Made by a program: the position numbers and the translations under genes. Under the pieces are notes generated by a model, which saw nothing but the letters and a program-made list of their open reading frames with translations, had not been told where the DNA came from and did not search any database. A stretch of DNA of 57,202 nucleotides, the filler included, from Sluysia triapertura (lineage: Eukaryota): the NCBI GenBank assembly GCA_046118255.1. It is 4 parts of 4 records of this genome, joined end to end, with 100 filler letters (N's around TTAATTAATTAA, not from the genome) between each part and the next. Parts side by side here need not be neighbours in the genome. Positions count along the whole stretch, not along the records: positions 37,760 to 57,202 come from JBJNIA010068731.1; 3 more parts are not named here. One strand, given 5' to 3'. This document shows, in pieces, positions 39,871-54,741 of this stretch (positions are counted from its first letter, which is position 1; the number at the start of each line of letters is the position of its first letter).

Positions 39871-40493
39871 ACTTTTTAAAACAAAACAATTCTTTTTATT
39901 AATTTTTGAAAAAAATCGAAATCTGTCAATAATTTCTGGATAGAAGCAGTATTTAAATTATACCTATCTTATTTTTTAAGAAAGATCCTAATACAACGTT
40001 CCTCAAAGTATATGTATATGGATAAAGAATATTCGATTGTTTTATAAATATCGATTAGAATAAAATATGTTGTATTTCGTTTTCAGTAGAATGTGTCGAC
40101 ATTTGTTTGATATATGAAAATAAAATGGAGCTTAATAAAATTTGAAAAGGAATAAAACATTAATTAAAACAACATAAATTAATTTATAAATATAAAATAA
40201 TTTAATATGTACTATTATTACTATTATTATTATTATTACTACTATGTTTACTTAAATGCAGCTTAAAAATAGTAAACTTATTTATTCTGTGGGAATATTA
40301 TGTTTACTTATTTTTGTTTTACTTGAAGTGTATTACTGTGACTTGAATATAATTCAAAACTTATAAAATTAACTAAAATCATGTTGACATTTTAATGTTT
40401 ATTGTATATTTTTAAAATAATATTAACTAATTTTGTATAAACAATTTAAATAAACAATTAAAATTCGAATTATTTAATTTGTATAATAAAAAC

Positions 40494-40554
<61 letters not shown>

Positions 40555-42183
40555 TAAAATTGAGAGTTAGATAGATCATTAATAAAATGCATGATTATTC
40601 ATTTCTATTTTGATTTGTTCTAGGAAACAAACAGACTTTCTTTTTAAAAGTGAAAGTCTGAATTTGGGACTGACACAATGTCTAGCTGTGTTACCAACGT
40701 TTTTCAACATTTTACAAGACATCAGGTTAGGATGCTGCTCTTACATTTTGAGCATCTATGAGAATTATATAACATATGTCTTTAAAAAGCTTTGTAAAAT
40801 TTTTTTATTTATAAAAATAAACAGATGTTTGACAAATGTTCTGCTTTTCTAGTGACCAGCCTGTAAAATAATTATTGACTTATTGATCTTCAAAAAGAAT
40901 AAATATGTTATAACACACTTTAATGCCATTTATCTTTATATCGAACTTAAAATTATGTAATAAAAGTATGTAATAATAAACACATATAAGAAGAATAATC
41001 AGAATTATGAAATTTATGAAAATTGTCTTTATTGACTTCTACCAAACGTTCCAGCTTCACTTCGATTTTACGTAATATGCACTATTTAAACTTGAACATA
41101 TTTTCCATTTTAAACATTGTCATGACATTTATGCATTTAAGTTTCTCAATATTAACAAAAGAAATGACAAAATGGAGTATTTCACTACAGATGTAAAATC
41201 GATTGATCTTAAACCATTCGATAAGTTTGGTTGCTTTAGTTAAAGAAAATGTGAGTTCGCTTATGATCTAAGACTTGCATACGTAAAGGTATACTGGCAA
41301 AAGTTTTGAATTTTGTTAATGGTATAAAGATTAGTGAAGGTCAATTCAAGTAATAATCAGCCAAGTAAATAAACTTTATAATGATTTTAACCTATTTTTA
41401 AAATAAAGTGCAAAATAATGATTTTACTTCGTTTTAAAATGAAATGAAAATCATTGCATAATTTTATGGGTTAAATTATAATTTTTCAATATCTATAAAA
41501 GTTTTCAAATATGTAAATAAGAATATATAAGTACGAAGTAATAATTAAAATAATATTAAATATATAAAGAGTTAAATATTTAAATGCAGCATTCCTAATT
41601 TAAAAATGGATTTTTCGGCGTTTTAAAATTCTGTGAATTTTTCTAAATATGATTTTCAGTGTATTTTTTAGGGTGAAAAACTTACACAAAAGAAACTAAC
41701 GATAATGTTTAAAGTTTTCCAAATGAATAATTTAGTTTATTATTTCTATTATTCTATTATTCTATCCATGAAGTTCGATTTGTCGTAAATAACTCGTGTA
41801 ATTGCGAAAATCAAATTAATTTAGAATACATATGAAAATGAAAACGTTAACTGAATTAGCAAATGTAGGTTTTTAAAATTTGAATATTATTAAAATTGAA
41901 TTTTAGTAATTCATTTTCATAAAATACACTATTTATCGAATAATTCTATAAGTCATTGAATTAATGGTAATATAATTTTTGATTTATTTCTCTTTTACAA
42001 TATAATAACTTATCTTTGTTTATAACCAAATTGAATGGTTTTAAATGATCGAAGATATTTTGCTCATTGAAAACATATTCTTTAAAACATGTGATTTAAT
42101 TTGCGACTCAAAATACTCAATTTTGAAATTTATACTTAAATTAGTGTAATTATTAAAAAGACCTTCACTATAATAATAATAAT

Positions 42184-42235
<52 letters not shown>

Positions 42236-42522
42236 TTTGCTTTTATTTATAAAAATGTAAAAAATACTAAACAAATATTAAAGCTTATCATAAAAGCTTT
42301 ACCAATTAATTGTGTAGCTGGAATTCGAATGCGATCAGTTTATTGTGTTTTTATTGTGATATTTTTATTTTGAAGTTTCTTTTTCGATAAATTACTTTAA
42401 AGTTTTTATTGTCTCCATTCAAGTGAATATAATAATAAAAATTATTTAATTTTAAAAACTAAAAACATTGTCTGACTTTCTTTTTGATTTAATGAACAAG
42501 CATTCTCAGTTTTATTCAAATT

Positions 42523-42560
<38 letters not shown>

Positions 42561-42579
42561 TATTATTATTATTATTATT

Positions 42580-42936
42580 TCAGATTTGGTATTTAATTAA
42601 AATTATAGTTAGCCACTAAGTTACTAACTTCAGAATCAAATAATTTATTAATCTAATTCTGAAAGAAAATTACTAAGAAATTATACAATCCTATTGTAAT
42701 TTAGTTAAACAATTAAAAAGTTAACTAGAAACGATAACAATTAAAAGAAAATTAACAATGGCGTTTATAACAATTTTAAGTGCACAATAACTTGTAAAAA
42801 GAAAAACCAGAGTTGACGCAACAAAAATACTATTTATATTATTTAATGCAAAACAAAGTCAAAATCAAATATTAAAAAAATAAATTGGACAGTGTCTCCC
42901 GCAAAGTTAACTTACAAATAGCTAAAAATCAAATAA
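42580..42936. repeat. Unclassified dispersed element family X, copy 4 (abuts the piggyBac insertion)
   Basis: aaaagaaaaaCCAGAGTTGACGCAAC at 42807-42822 with upstream similarity to 24340-24410. Confidence 0.6.
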
Positions 42937-42940
42937 TTAA

Positions 42941-44799
42941 CCATTTCGCTACCGCTCGGACCATTTGGTCCCACTCGTACTTCTGCACGCTTCTCAGGCT
43001 TAAGCAGGTCTTGTTAGATATTTTTTTAGAGGATTGAATAAGGACAATGTTTCGCATAATCGTTTCTGCTTTTAAAGTGCATGCACAAAGTTATTTCAAT
43101 AATATACCACTAATTTTGTGACAAATATATTTGAATCAAAAAAATAAGTGAAAATATTATAAAGTCTAAAGTTATTATTACTTTTGTTAGAAGATGGCAG
43201 ATACTAATGATTACGATGAGTTTAAGGCTGATAACATTTTAAACTACGATAGTGACGAGGTTACTGATGTCGAAGAGAACATTGACCCCGATTTATTGAA
43301 TGGTATATAGACGTGACAAAATAGGCACTTTCAACCAAATTTTCATAATTATACATGCCAGGCAAAACCAAATATTGGTAATCTATCATGGGACCAACTA
43401 ACTTACTTAGAATATTTGATAACGACTTTATGGCTGCTATTGTAAACGAGACCAACAATTATCAACTTCAAAATCCAATTGGTGAACGTTAAAGAATGGC
43501 TAAATGGTTTAAAGTGACTGTTGCTGACTTGTGGATTTTCTTCGGATTAGTTTTAATCGCCGGACTAGTATGGAACAATATTTCAACAGATATTTTTTGG
43601 CCAAATAATGTCAAGAATTAGATTTAGAGATATAACGATACAATTCCTTCTCATGATCGAAAGAAGTTTCGTATCTGCATTGTTTAGTTTCAAAACTTGT
43701 GTATCTATGAAAACCTTCTTCTTTGGAAAGGACGATTTACATTCAGGCAGTGAATACCAACACTAAAAGAAATAAATTTGGTATGAAAATTTTTGCACTA
43801 GTCGAAGGTTGTTCTTGATATAAATATTCACACTGGAAGCATAACAGAAATCAGAACTGTTTGAGGTATTAGTATTAGTGGTTCAATTGTTATGACGCTG
43901 ATGAAAAATTGACTGAAAAAAGTTCGTACGCTTTATGTCGATAATTGATATACGATTCCCAAACTATTTGATCTTTTACATAAATATGATACAAACTCTT
44001 GCGGCATGGTTCGAAAGAATCGAATTGGTTGACCCAAACTTGATTCATGTCTGAAAAGAGGTGACATTCAACATCCAAATAATGGGACACTTCTCGCAAT
44101 GAAATTTATATGCGATGGGTGAATCTGGAAAGGTTTCTCGCGATAATCAAGCAATACCGAAGCCGCAATGTATCCTCGATTACAACAAACACATGAATGC
44201 AGTCGATAAGGTTGATATGCAGATGTCCTTTTCTGACTGCACTCGTAGGTGTGTCAAGTGGTACAAGAAAGTGTTTTTTCATTTTCTTGATCTTTCTGTC
44301 TTCAATTCTTATGCCATTTATTCAAAAAACAACAAAGTGAATATTCCATTGCGCTCATATAAACTGGAGATAGTGAGAAAGATTTTTCAGAAATGTAATG
44401 CTAACCGAGAAACTCATTAAGTTCAGCGACTCATTGGGAGACATTTTCCTAGTTTGAATTCAAACAATGACATCAGAACTATTCGCAGACGTTGCCGCGT
44501 ATGTAGTGCCAGAGGAAGAGAGGCGTGAATGTGTGAAAATGGAGTGCCTCTGTGTGTGCCTGATTGCTTTAGAACATTCCACACTATATTACACTTTGAT
44601 AGAGAATAATAAATTAACCAATTTTCATATTTTATGCAATTTTATTGAAAATTCATGAAAAATTATACATTTTTAATTAATTTTGAAATTAACACTAAGG
44701 CAAGTGGCGCCAGCTTTTTAATGGCTTTTCTGACATATTTCATATAATCTCTCAAATAAATTTACGTTCGCAAAAATGCACTCACTGGCGGTTAAAGGG
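42941..44799 (+). mobile_element. Near full-length decayed piggyBac (PGBD4-like) transposon; transposase pseudogene ~43194-44597
   Basis: TTAA target duplications at 42937-42940 and 44800-44803. Degenerate TIRs CCATTTCGCTACC / CCCTTTAACCGCC. Peptides AAIVNETNNY, ENLLLWKGRFTFRQ.IP, LYVDN.YT, DYNKHMNAVDKVD, KWYKKVFFHFLDLSVFNSY and Cys-rich RRCRVC...PLCVPDCFRTFHT, with many stops and frameshifts. Confidence 0.93.
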
Positions 44800-46338
44800 T
44801 TAATGCGCTATTAATTAGATCAACAAACATTAATTTATTTATGAAAAGAAATATAAAATTTATAAACTTTTAAAACGCTTATCTTTATAAAAGTGAACTT
44901 AAGGTCCTTGATAATATAAATTGAACAAAAAATACAAAAAAATCTCTATGTATTATGCGACTTGTAAAAACAACAATAATAGAACATGTACAATAGATAA
45001 AATAACAAACATTGTTCATTTGGTAATATAAGAGATCACGTACAATTTGAAAAGTCAAGCTTCGGCACTCAGCGACACCTCACAAACACAACATATAGGT
45101 TCCGATATATTCTCCGAACGATCATCCTGTCTCAAAACAACCTATTTACGAACTCTTCGATACTATCTAATGCATATATTAAAGCTAGATAACTTAAATT
45201 ATTCTAAATAAAACATAATCATATCGTATCCTCTAACTGACATCATTAACCGTCCAAAAGTTTGTTGTTTGAAAATACAAGTCTTTTTTTCAACATTTCA
45301 CAAACATATGCTCTTTTAGCCTTTAATTCACGTGAATTCAAATTTAAAAATTTAACTAGTCTTTGTGTTTTATTTTTAAAGACGGTACAGCTATCGACAT
45401 AGGAATCTTATTAAATTAATTAATTTAATGTTACTCGATGTACTTAGTGTCGGACGTGCGGTCACACGTTTCTTAATCGTTGTCAAATATGCAACGGACT
45501 TTTGCTCTATAACATTTTGTCTGAAACTTTCGAAAAAGAAACAAGGAAATTCAGTAAATAATACAATTTGAGAACGTTCATAATAATATTTTAAATTATC
45601 ACAATGTCTTAAATTATCCTGCAAATTAAGCAAGTTACTGCGTTCAACTTGAACATTTAACGTATAACAAATATAATCAACAGTTTCACAAAACATTCAC
45701 CTAATTGGTTGAGAACATTTTTCAAAATTACTGATACCTCTAAAAATATTTTGAATTAATCTAATACCCTTCATGGATTCCATTCTGAGAAATATTTTAT
45801 CTCTAAAAACATAACCACTGAGAAATGTTTCATCTCTGTCAAGGTTATTTCTTAGAATTGTTTCATCTCTAATAACGTTGTAATTTACTCTAAATCTGCA
45901 TAAGAAAACTCATACTATTTGAAATTAAAGTCTCAATAACTTTCATAGTGAATATACATCATCTGAGCAGTAATAAGAATATTTGATTGTTTTTAGATAT
46001 TTCAAAAATCATAATGAAATATACTAAAAATAAATTGTAATAAAATATTTGATTATAAAATTAATTTGTATAATTTTTTTATATTAAAAATTAATTATGA
46101 AATTAAAATAAAAAATAAATTATAAAAATAATATGAAAAATAATGAAAATAACATTTTAGTTATAATAAGGAAGTAATCAGGCATTCGAACAAAAAAAGA
46201 ATGTGTGATTTATTAATTAATGCAATTTTTTAATTAACGTATAATTTTTAATTAAAAAATAATTTTTAACAAAGGATAATTTTTACGAAAACAAATTTAT
46301 TATGTAGAGTTTAATAATAATAATAATAATAATAATAA

Positions 46339-46369
<31 letters not shown>

Positions 46370-47944
46370 TATTAATTTATAATGCGCTCATATCTACTGC
46401 GAAAGTACTCAAAAGCGCTTAAGGTAAATCATTCATAACACTTCTGAATCAGAAAGAACTTTGCTTTTTTCTTAAATATTTCATAATCTTCCAGCAATTT
46501 GACATTCTCTGGTCACTGGTTGCATATTTTTGAAACATAAACGGTATACAACCTGTCATCTAGCTTGTTATCACTGTGAATTCTGTATAGATTATTATTA
46601 TGTGTCAATAAAATGTTCAATGAAATAAGAGTTAGGAGTACTAATGGTTCCGTACTTAAAAGGTTTATATATCAGTAAAAATAAAAATAAATAAAATAAC
46701 TGATAATTGCGATGATGAGGACTCGTACAACAAAAGCATAATATTTACGTATTTGGTTATTACAATTAGATCTAATAGATTTGATTTTAATTATAAAAGT
46801 TTGTGGTTTGAAGTTTTATAATTGATGAATTGTGTGTAATACAGTGAATTAATAATGTATGACGTTTATTTGGTGTAATATAATTGCTCGTAAATTTAAC
46901 GGTTAATAACTTAAATATATTCTAGTGTAGGATTTTTGTATTGCGTAAGTTGAAGTAGTGATATGTGGAAAATATTTTACATGTAAATATGCATGGCTTG
47001 AATTATGACTTATGTGAATTTATGTATGAGAACGTCGTTGGGATTATAGTGCGTGGCAGAAACAGTACACTTTACACATGGTAATTTATGCAGTAAAGAT
47101 GGTTGGGGAGCTATGAATGAATTTATTGGATATTGATCAGCCAATTGTAAAGCACTGAATTGAGTTTGTGGAGTTTTTATTTGATGTATTAACTTGTTTT
47201 GCCATTTCAAGTGACGTGATATATCCTTTTACCTGTGATTATATTAAATCATAAACACATATACACAAAAACTCATCTTAAACTCAGAATAATGCCGCAT
47301 CATTCCCCATTTCCATACATTAACTTCTAAAACAGTAAATTTATAAAATTTTCAAATAAGTCTAATCCATTCATTTCATTTACTACCATTTTTACATATT
47401 AATTGCATTTATCGTTATTATTGTTGTTATCACTACCATTAATCTTTCAATAAACTTCAATTACAACCTAAAAGTCAATAATCTCATTATCTTTTAAAAC
47501 ATTATTGTCATTGTATCGATATTGCTTTCTTTCTATTCTTCCATATCTATATATTATCATAATTACGTTTCAATAATTGTTGACACAACAGAATAAGCAC
47601 AAAACAAAAACATAATCAGTAATGAATTGTGAACTATTACCACCGAGATATTATTGTTAGCTTTATTATTTTTCACACACTTATTTTATTAATATGAATT
47701 ATTAAGTAAAAATTATTAAAAATTATTAAATACAGAAAGAAAATAAAGTCATTATTTTTAAGCATCTATTTTGAATATACGTATTTCATAATTTACCTAT
47801 TCGACTTACACCATCTGAAAAATAACAACACCGCCTAAAACGTTGGAGTCATTCTAAACATCTCTGTCTTCATTTCGGCATCCTATGACATATCATAACT
47901 ACTGAAATCATAATTATTAAATTGTACTTAATGTCAATTTAATA

Positions 47945-48650
47945 CACTGGCCCATGTATAAATGTAATTTGATTTGTATAACCATGGAATAAATATCAAA
48001 AATAACTTGTTGAAATATTGATTTCTCTTTCTCTATTCCGAGAAAATGACATTACACGGTTTCATCCCTTATTTCGAACTTTTAATATTTTAATAAATCT
48101 TGTACTATTTTTTGACGTTTGCAAGGTTTATATTACCCAATATTAAATAATTTAAAAACATTAGCAATGAAGTACCAGAAAATATCATAAATCCTATGGT
48201 TCCGGAATGGAAAAGAAGGAAATTTTAAGTATAATCGATGTAAAATTATTCAATTGTGAAGTCTTATTATATTAAAACTGGAGAAACTAAAGCTAGGACT
48301 AAAGGTGGCAAAGTGTTGCCAAAATTAAATGAAGACCAGATAAACAAATTGAGACTGAATTGTTCAAGATGCTACGGTATCTTTGAGAGATTGAGTTGAT
48401 GAATGTGAAGACGTTTTTAATATAGCTGATTCTGCAACTACCATTGTTAATAGAATTACAGGCTTCACAAGTTCCAAAGATATTAATGAAAGACTTATGC
48501 AGTGTTAGAAAGAAATACTTCCTTCGAACATTATATTTACCGACGAGAGAGGGTTCAACATTTCAATGAGGACATCAAGAGAAAGATCGGAAGTTAGTTC
48601 CCTTACAGATTTCAGTGTGCCACAAATAAAAGAAAAAGAATTTCAAACTA
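47945..48650 (+). mobile_element. IS630/Tc1-like transposon relic
   Basis: YSIVKSYYIKTGETKARTKGGKVLPKLNEDQINKL (HTH plus linker), SATTIVNRI, NIIFTDERGFNISMRTSRERS..VPQIK (first catalytic Asp motif, cf. FIDETGFN). Possible TA-CACTGG left end at 47943-47950. Confidence 0.7.
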
Positions 48651-51600
48651 GATTTCGTTTTAAAAATTTATCGAACAAAAGGGTATAATTTTGTAATTTT
48701 AAAGAGAAAATTTAATGTTAAATAAAGTTTTAGATCTACTTTTAAAAAGCCACAAAATTTTAATTAAATCTTAATTAATGTTAAATTCTGACACATTTTA
48801 ATTTGTCCTCAGCTTAATGAAAATTTCTTTTATTTTATTTAAGTATGTATTGAAAATGTATTGAAATTTAATAAGAATTGATTCACCAAAATGCAAAACA
48901 ATTATAAAAAACAAAACACGCACACACACACACAAACATATATTACTAAAAAGAAGCACAAATTTAAGTATTAATACTGCAACTTCCGGTGGTACATTTC
49001 TCAGGTCACCTCTGCGGTTCAACACCTTTCCTTGATTTGTATTACAATCTTCAACTGCGTTTTTTATTTAGTAGTGATGGGTGGTAACATTTCTCGAAGA
49101 ATCTAAAATAACAAATAAAAGATAAATTTGGCGCATACATGAGCGAGAAATAAGAGCATGCAAGAAATATAGAAGCATCTAAAAAAACACAGTAAAAAAC
49201 AAAGAATAAACAAGAAAAGATAAAAGGAATAAGATACATGCGTAGAACCGTACTACACTGAAGCACCAAGGTAAAACTTAAACGAAGTCAGCTTTTATTA
49301 TTATTAAACACTGTAGCAAAATGCGATGATAAATTATTCTAAATAAGCAGAATTGAATACATTTCTTTTTTATTATATAAATTTGCTATGGGAATTAATC
49401 GGTAATTGTTTATAGTACTTGGAGGACAAGGACCTTTGGGCGAACGGAAATATAGATTAGTATAAGGTAGATGTAAGAGTCAGGACTCAAGATAACAGAA
49501 TAAGGTGAACGTTATTATTAAAGAATTAAGATAAGGTATTATGATGAACTGTAATAACTTCAATTTCACTGGGAAATCAAAATTTGTTAACAAGTAGTTG
49601 AAGTAAAAGCACATTTTAAATTAGAATTTAATCTATGTGGTTTCTGTAAATAGTAATAAACATTATATGGAATTAGTAAAAATTTAGAATGATGGAATAT
49701 TTCAGGAATAATTAATATGAATAATTTTATCTTTATGTATGATTGCTATAACTAATATCATTCGAAATTCCCGCAAGAAGAACTTAAACTTAGATCAATA
49801 TTCCACATATAAATATTAAAAGCGGCAGCAGTTCTAAATAAATTTAAGTTGATAGTGTTAACGAAAACTTAGTTTTTGTTTTCTTTTCCTTGCTCAGAAA
49901 TTTATCACTAATGCAAGTAGTAATAGGTAGTACAATAGCTCAAAAGTAATGAAAGGTGTGTCAAAACTTCTAATCCTAATAATGATGAAACCAGTAAATG
50001 ATTCTATGAATTTTACAATATTTCTAGTTAATTTATCCAAACTTTGTTTTTAAAAAAATTACGTTTCAAAATAATGTTTAGATTGTCGTGAACGGTATTT
50101 CAAACATTTTGAAGGTGGTTAATGGTCAAGTAGGTGTTGTTCGCAGCATGATTGAAGAACGTGGTAGGTTAGGTCTAATAGAGAAATTGTGTGACGTAAA
50201 GAATGCAAACCACAAAAGTGGATCCTTCAGATTTGATTGTCTGGGATGGAAAATTACACCTAACTGCAAACCTTTTTGATAAATATGTTTTCACTGTTCG
50301 AATTCATTTTTACGACAGTGATCATTTTAAGCCGCCAACAATTAAATGATGCAAAAGATATGATTACTGTTGAATTAGAAGATAAAAATTGAATCGTAAA
50401 AGACTGTTATTATTAATATTATTAAATTATATGATATTGATCGTGGTACTAATCAATATCATAGTTATAATTTGTTGAGAAATATAGACGACAAATTCAA
50501 GCAATGAAATCAATATTTGAAATAGATAGATGATATTTGGGAAAGTGTGAGAGTGATGTAGAATCGAGAATGACAATGTCTCAAAATTAAGACGTTATAA
50601 AGAATAATTTGTACGGTTATTGTTATAAAAAGTAATTTGTATTGTTATTGTTGTAAAGGATAAATTGTATCGTTGTTATAAGAATAATTTAGTTGTAATT
50701 TAATAGTTTGGGAAAATAAAAATACTTAATAATTATTTGATTTTTATTGTGATATAGTTATAATATATTGAGATTGAAACTCATTCAATTGTCTTTTAAA
50801 ATTTAAAGAGTATTAAAAAAGATAAAAATACAACAATATAATTTTCATAAATGAATGTTATAATATTTAAAATTTTTTTCTTTTATCAATTCCAAGGACA
50901 CAAAATAACTATAAATATAACAACACAAAATTGAATTTAACACAGATTTTCTGAAAAAATTTCTGTCGACATATATTTGGAATGATTCATCTTTAGTTTA
51001 ACTGCATATCAATTATTTAGCCAAAAAGAAATCTTTGAAGGAATAAAGGAACATTGATTAAATAAACTTTATATATTAGGAAAATCGTTAGTTTCCATTT
51101 TGTAAGTCTTTTCTGTAAATATTTAAACGTTTACCAAATAAAGTCTTACTTAAAATATAACAATTGTACTGTTTTCCATTGTTGTTTAAATTAATGGCGA
51201 AGGAAAACCTCATTATCAATTTTTTATTACAAAGCATTTCTTATTGATAAGAAATCTCCATAAATTATTATATCTTTATTATCAGAACAATTTTTGTAAA
51301 AAAATGTTATATCTACGGTTTGTAATAACACTATTCTCATTTAGCAATAAACTTTCACACAATTAATTGTCTTTTAATTCTAGAACAAAGAGATTATAAT
51401 AAATATTTTAAATTTCACGACCAAAGAAAGGAAAGATTTTCGGTTTAATTAAAGAACCACAAAATATTAATTTCAGACATTTGCATTTTAAAAAGGGAAT
51501 CGGAATAATTTTCTTCAAAAATAGTAATTGAATAAAAATATTTAAAGTACTTAAACGAACTTTTGGTTAATAGTGACTTAGCTATAAATTTTTAATTTTA

Positions 51601-51837
51601 TTAAAACCCTGCGAACTAGCCGTAACACATAGACTGGGATATTAGGTGGATTCATAATGTTAAAAATATTTTATACAATATATATATATATATCAAATTG
51701 ATGCTTATAAAGATACTAATACTAAAAAATAAAAATTAGCGAAGAAATTACTGTGAGAATACTAACATTTTTATCTATGTAAATATTATCAATAAAATAA
51801 TTAAATACTTATCGACGACTCGAAACAACTATATATA

Positions 51838-51863
51838 CTCGGGTGGCCAAACTGTGGCTCTCG
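51838..51863 (+). mobile_element. hAT (Charlie/Buster-like) terminal sequence relic
   Basis: c.gggtggccaaactgtggctctcg resembles CAGGGGTGGCCAAACTGTGGCTCGCG termini. No partner end found. Confidence 0.4.
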
Positions 51864-54582
51864 ACAAATATACTCGAGTTCCCTTTTCATTTTTGCCTTA
51901 TATTTTAAAAAATTATCGTTTCAAAATGTCTTTTAAATTACTGACAAATATGAAAGACTAAGTGCAACACGTTTTAACAAAATTCATTTCCGTCCAAGTT
52001 AAGAATGATAAGACTCATAAAAAATTTTTAATACCTTTTTTGAATACTTTTTATTACGTATTTAATTGGGTCTCGCGAAAAATTTCTTTGGGGAGTTAAT
52101 GTATTCTTTTATTATTAAATCAACATTAATGTAAAGTTTATTAATTTTATTCGGTTTAATTTCGTTTGCATGTCGTTCATAAACATTAATTTTTAAATCA
52201 TACCATTTTTTATCAAAACTTTATAAAGACTTAGGAAAAAGAAATTGACGAATGTAAATTTATTATTATTTATAATAACTAAAAATTTGGACTTTAATGT
52301 TATATTTCTATGCTGGTCACAGAGTCTTGTCTTTGATTGAATGTCTAAAATAAAATGGAAATTCAAATTATAGAAATAAATAATAACAATAATTACATCA
52401 TTATGTTTGGAAGGTCGACAGATAACCATTCTAATAGGATAATTATTATGTCCGATAAAAATTTGAATACCATAATAAAGTCGTGCACATGTTACTAGAT
52501 GTATTGTCATTATCAAGATACTGCAAAATTTGTAAAATTGACGTTAAATTTTGATCTTGGGGCAGTACGCAATTCGCATGCTCAGTTTGATTGAGATTAA
52601 ATTTAATATTACTTGTAAAAAAAATAAATTTCTAACAGTATTAAAACAGTTGTTGAATCGCACTCAGAAAATTTGCACATTGTTTTTGCATAAATACCAT
52701 CTAATTCGAGAATCATGACATCATAATCACCCTTTCTAATGTTCATACAGACGTTTACAAAACTATCACTAATAACATCACCATCAAAAACAATTTAGTT
52801 TAATTTATTTTTTTCAGATTTTACCAAAAATCTGATGTATCTAATAATTTTAAGACACTTCTATAAGATCGATCCATAATTACGAATATGAAATCATTGG
52901 TTATACTGTCATCGTCAAGATGAATAAGATAACTTGTCAAATGATTGGCAGAATTACTACAAACATTTATCTCTTCCTTCATATTTAATGATTCATTATG
53001 AAAGGAAGTAAAATAACCGAATAAATAAACATATACTAAAACATTATATTGTACTACATAAGATTGTCAACGATGCATTAAGACCATCAAGATTAAATGA
53101 CAAGTTACTCGAATGGGATATAAATGGAATCAAATGGAATATAAAATCAAATATCAAACTTTACAAAAAATTAAGATTATTTGATCTTTTTTTACACGTA
53201 TCAAAAAGACAAACGGTTTATCTCAACATAATTCAGAATGGAATATTTTCTTTTGATATTCCAAAGTCCTAGAGATATATCTAAACTATATTACGAATAT
53301 TTTTGTAAGTGTTGTGTGATAAAATTGCAAAATTTTGATGAACAAAATATAGTATAAATATTAAAAAATTATGAAATTTGTATATTGATGTTAGAAAAAA
53401 TCTATAAAATTGTATTAAATTGGTAAATATTAAAATTATAAAATTGTAAATATTAGTATGATTTTATTTGAAAATTCTAATTTATAAATATTTTAAGTTG
53501 TAAATATCTATAAATCATAAATAAAACTATAAATAAATTGTAAATAAAACTATAAATCATTATCATTATACAAAAAATTATTTAGTTTTAATAACTGAGA
53601 AAAATAATAAAAATATTATTAAAAAATAATTGTATGAAATTTTATGATCTAATTACTGAATTCTAATGACATAAAGAAAGAATAAAAACAGATTTATGGC
53701 TCAAAGAAAGAATAAAAAATATTTAATATATATCATTAACAACTACATTTAAATACAAGGTACGTCAAAAAACTTTAATAAGAACTATCGGAGAATTTTT
53801 TATAAATTTTTATTCTGGAAGTAAAGCTATTGTTGTGGTATTTTTTTGGAATTTGGATACAAAGCTGCTAACGTGATATTTTTATAAATCAGTTTTCGTT
53901 TGGACGAATTTTGGATTTTGGAATAGAATTTGGAGAACGAGATTATATTAATTGGATCGACTTGGAGAACGTTTATTTATCGTCAGAATTTAGTAAGATA
54001 ATACTTATTAAGTTAAGCTTTAATAAATTTAGCTTCAAAATCAGACTTAAATTCATTTAATTTTTGCAACCCAAGTATTAAGCCTGGGTTAAAATCTAAA
54101 GTAAAATTCCATATTTAACAATTAGAAATCTTTTCTCTTGTTTAATTTATTATTATTATTATTATATTTATTTATTGTTAAAAACACTAGCTTTTCTAAT
54201 AAATTCCTTGTCTTTATTGTTAGTTCATTAATTGTTAGAAAATATAAGATAAAATAAAATTGTTGATCATTGAATTGCGCAATTTTTAAAGAATATTTAG
54301 AATTAAATTGTTGTTAGAATTAAGTTATTGTTACACGAATTTCGATACGATTAAATACATATATAAATTTATATACATTATTGAATTAGTATTTATTTAA
54401 GACGAAGAATTAAATAAATTTAATACAGCAAAAGATCTTGCTAAGTAATTTCATTCGTAAGAATAAGGCAACTTCATTCATAGGATACGTCTACTTTACG
54501 TTATAAACCGCATACCGCATGGGAACCCGTGTTTAAGAAATTATATTTGTTAGGTTAAGTAAGAAAAAATCTAGCAATTATC

Positions 54583-54600
54583 TGGGGCCCGAATTGGGAC
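54583..54600 (+). other. Primer-binding site, tRNA-Lys(UUU)-like
   Basis: TGGGGCCCGAATTGGGAC matches TGGCGCCCGAACAGGGAC at 15 of 18 positions and lies ~140-230 bp upstream of gag. Confidence 0.7.
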
Positions 54601-54741
54601 CTATTATTGACATTAAAAGATTAAGATAAGTTTTAAAGTATTTAAATAGTTAAGCTATTTAAGTTTTGAATATTTTTTTATTGTTGGATTTTTAGCTACA
54701 CTTTGTTGTAAGGATTGATATAATTTATAAAGAAAATAGGA

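Noticed and set aside
40600-41370. Missing Miro 3' exons or another host gene
   Set aside because: Exon-like blocks give no Miro or other recognisable peptide in the frames tried.
53380-54580. 5' LTR matching 56547-57202
   Set aside because: Only low-complexity TGTAAATATT-type similarity; no credible alignment by eye, so LTR limits are not called.
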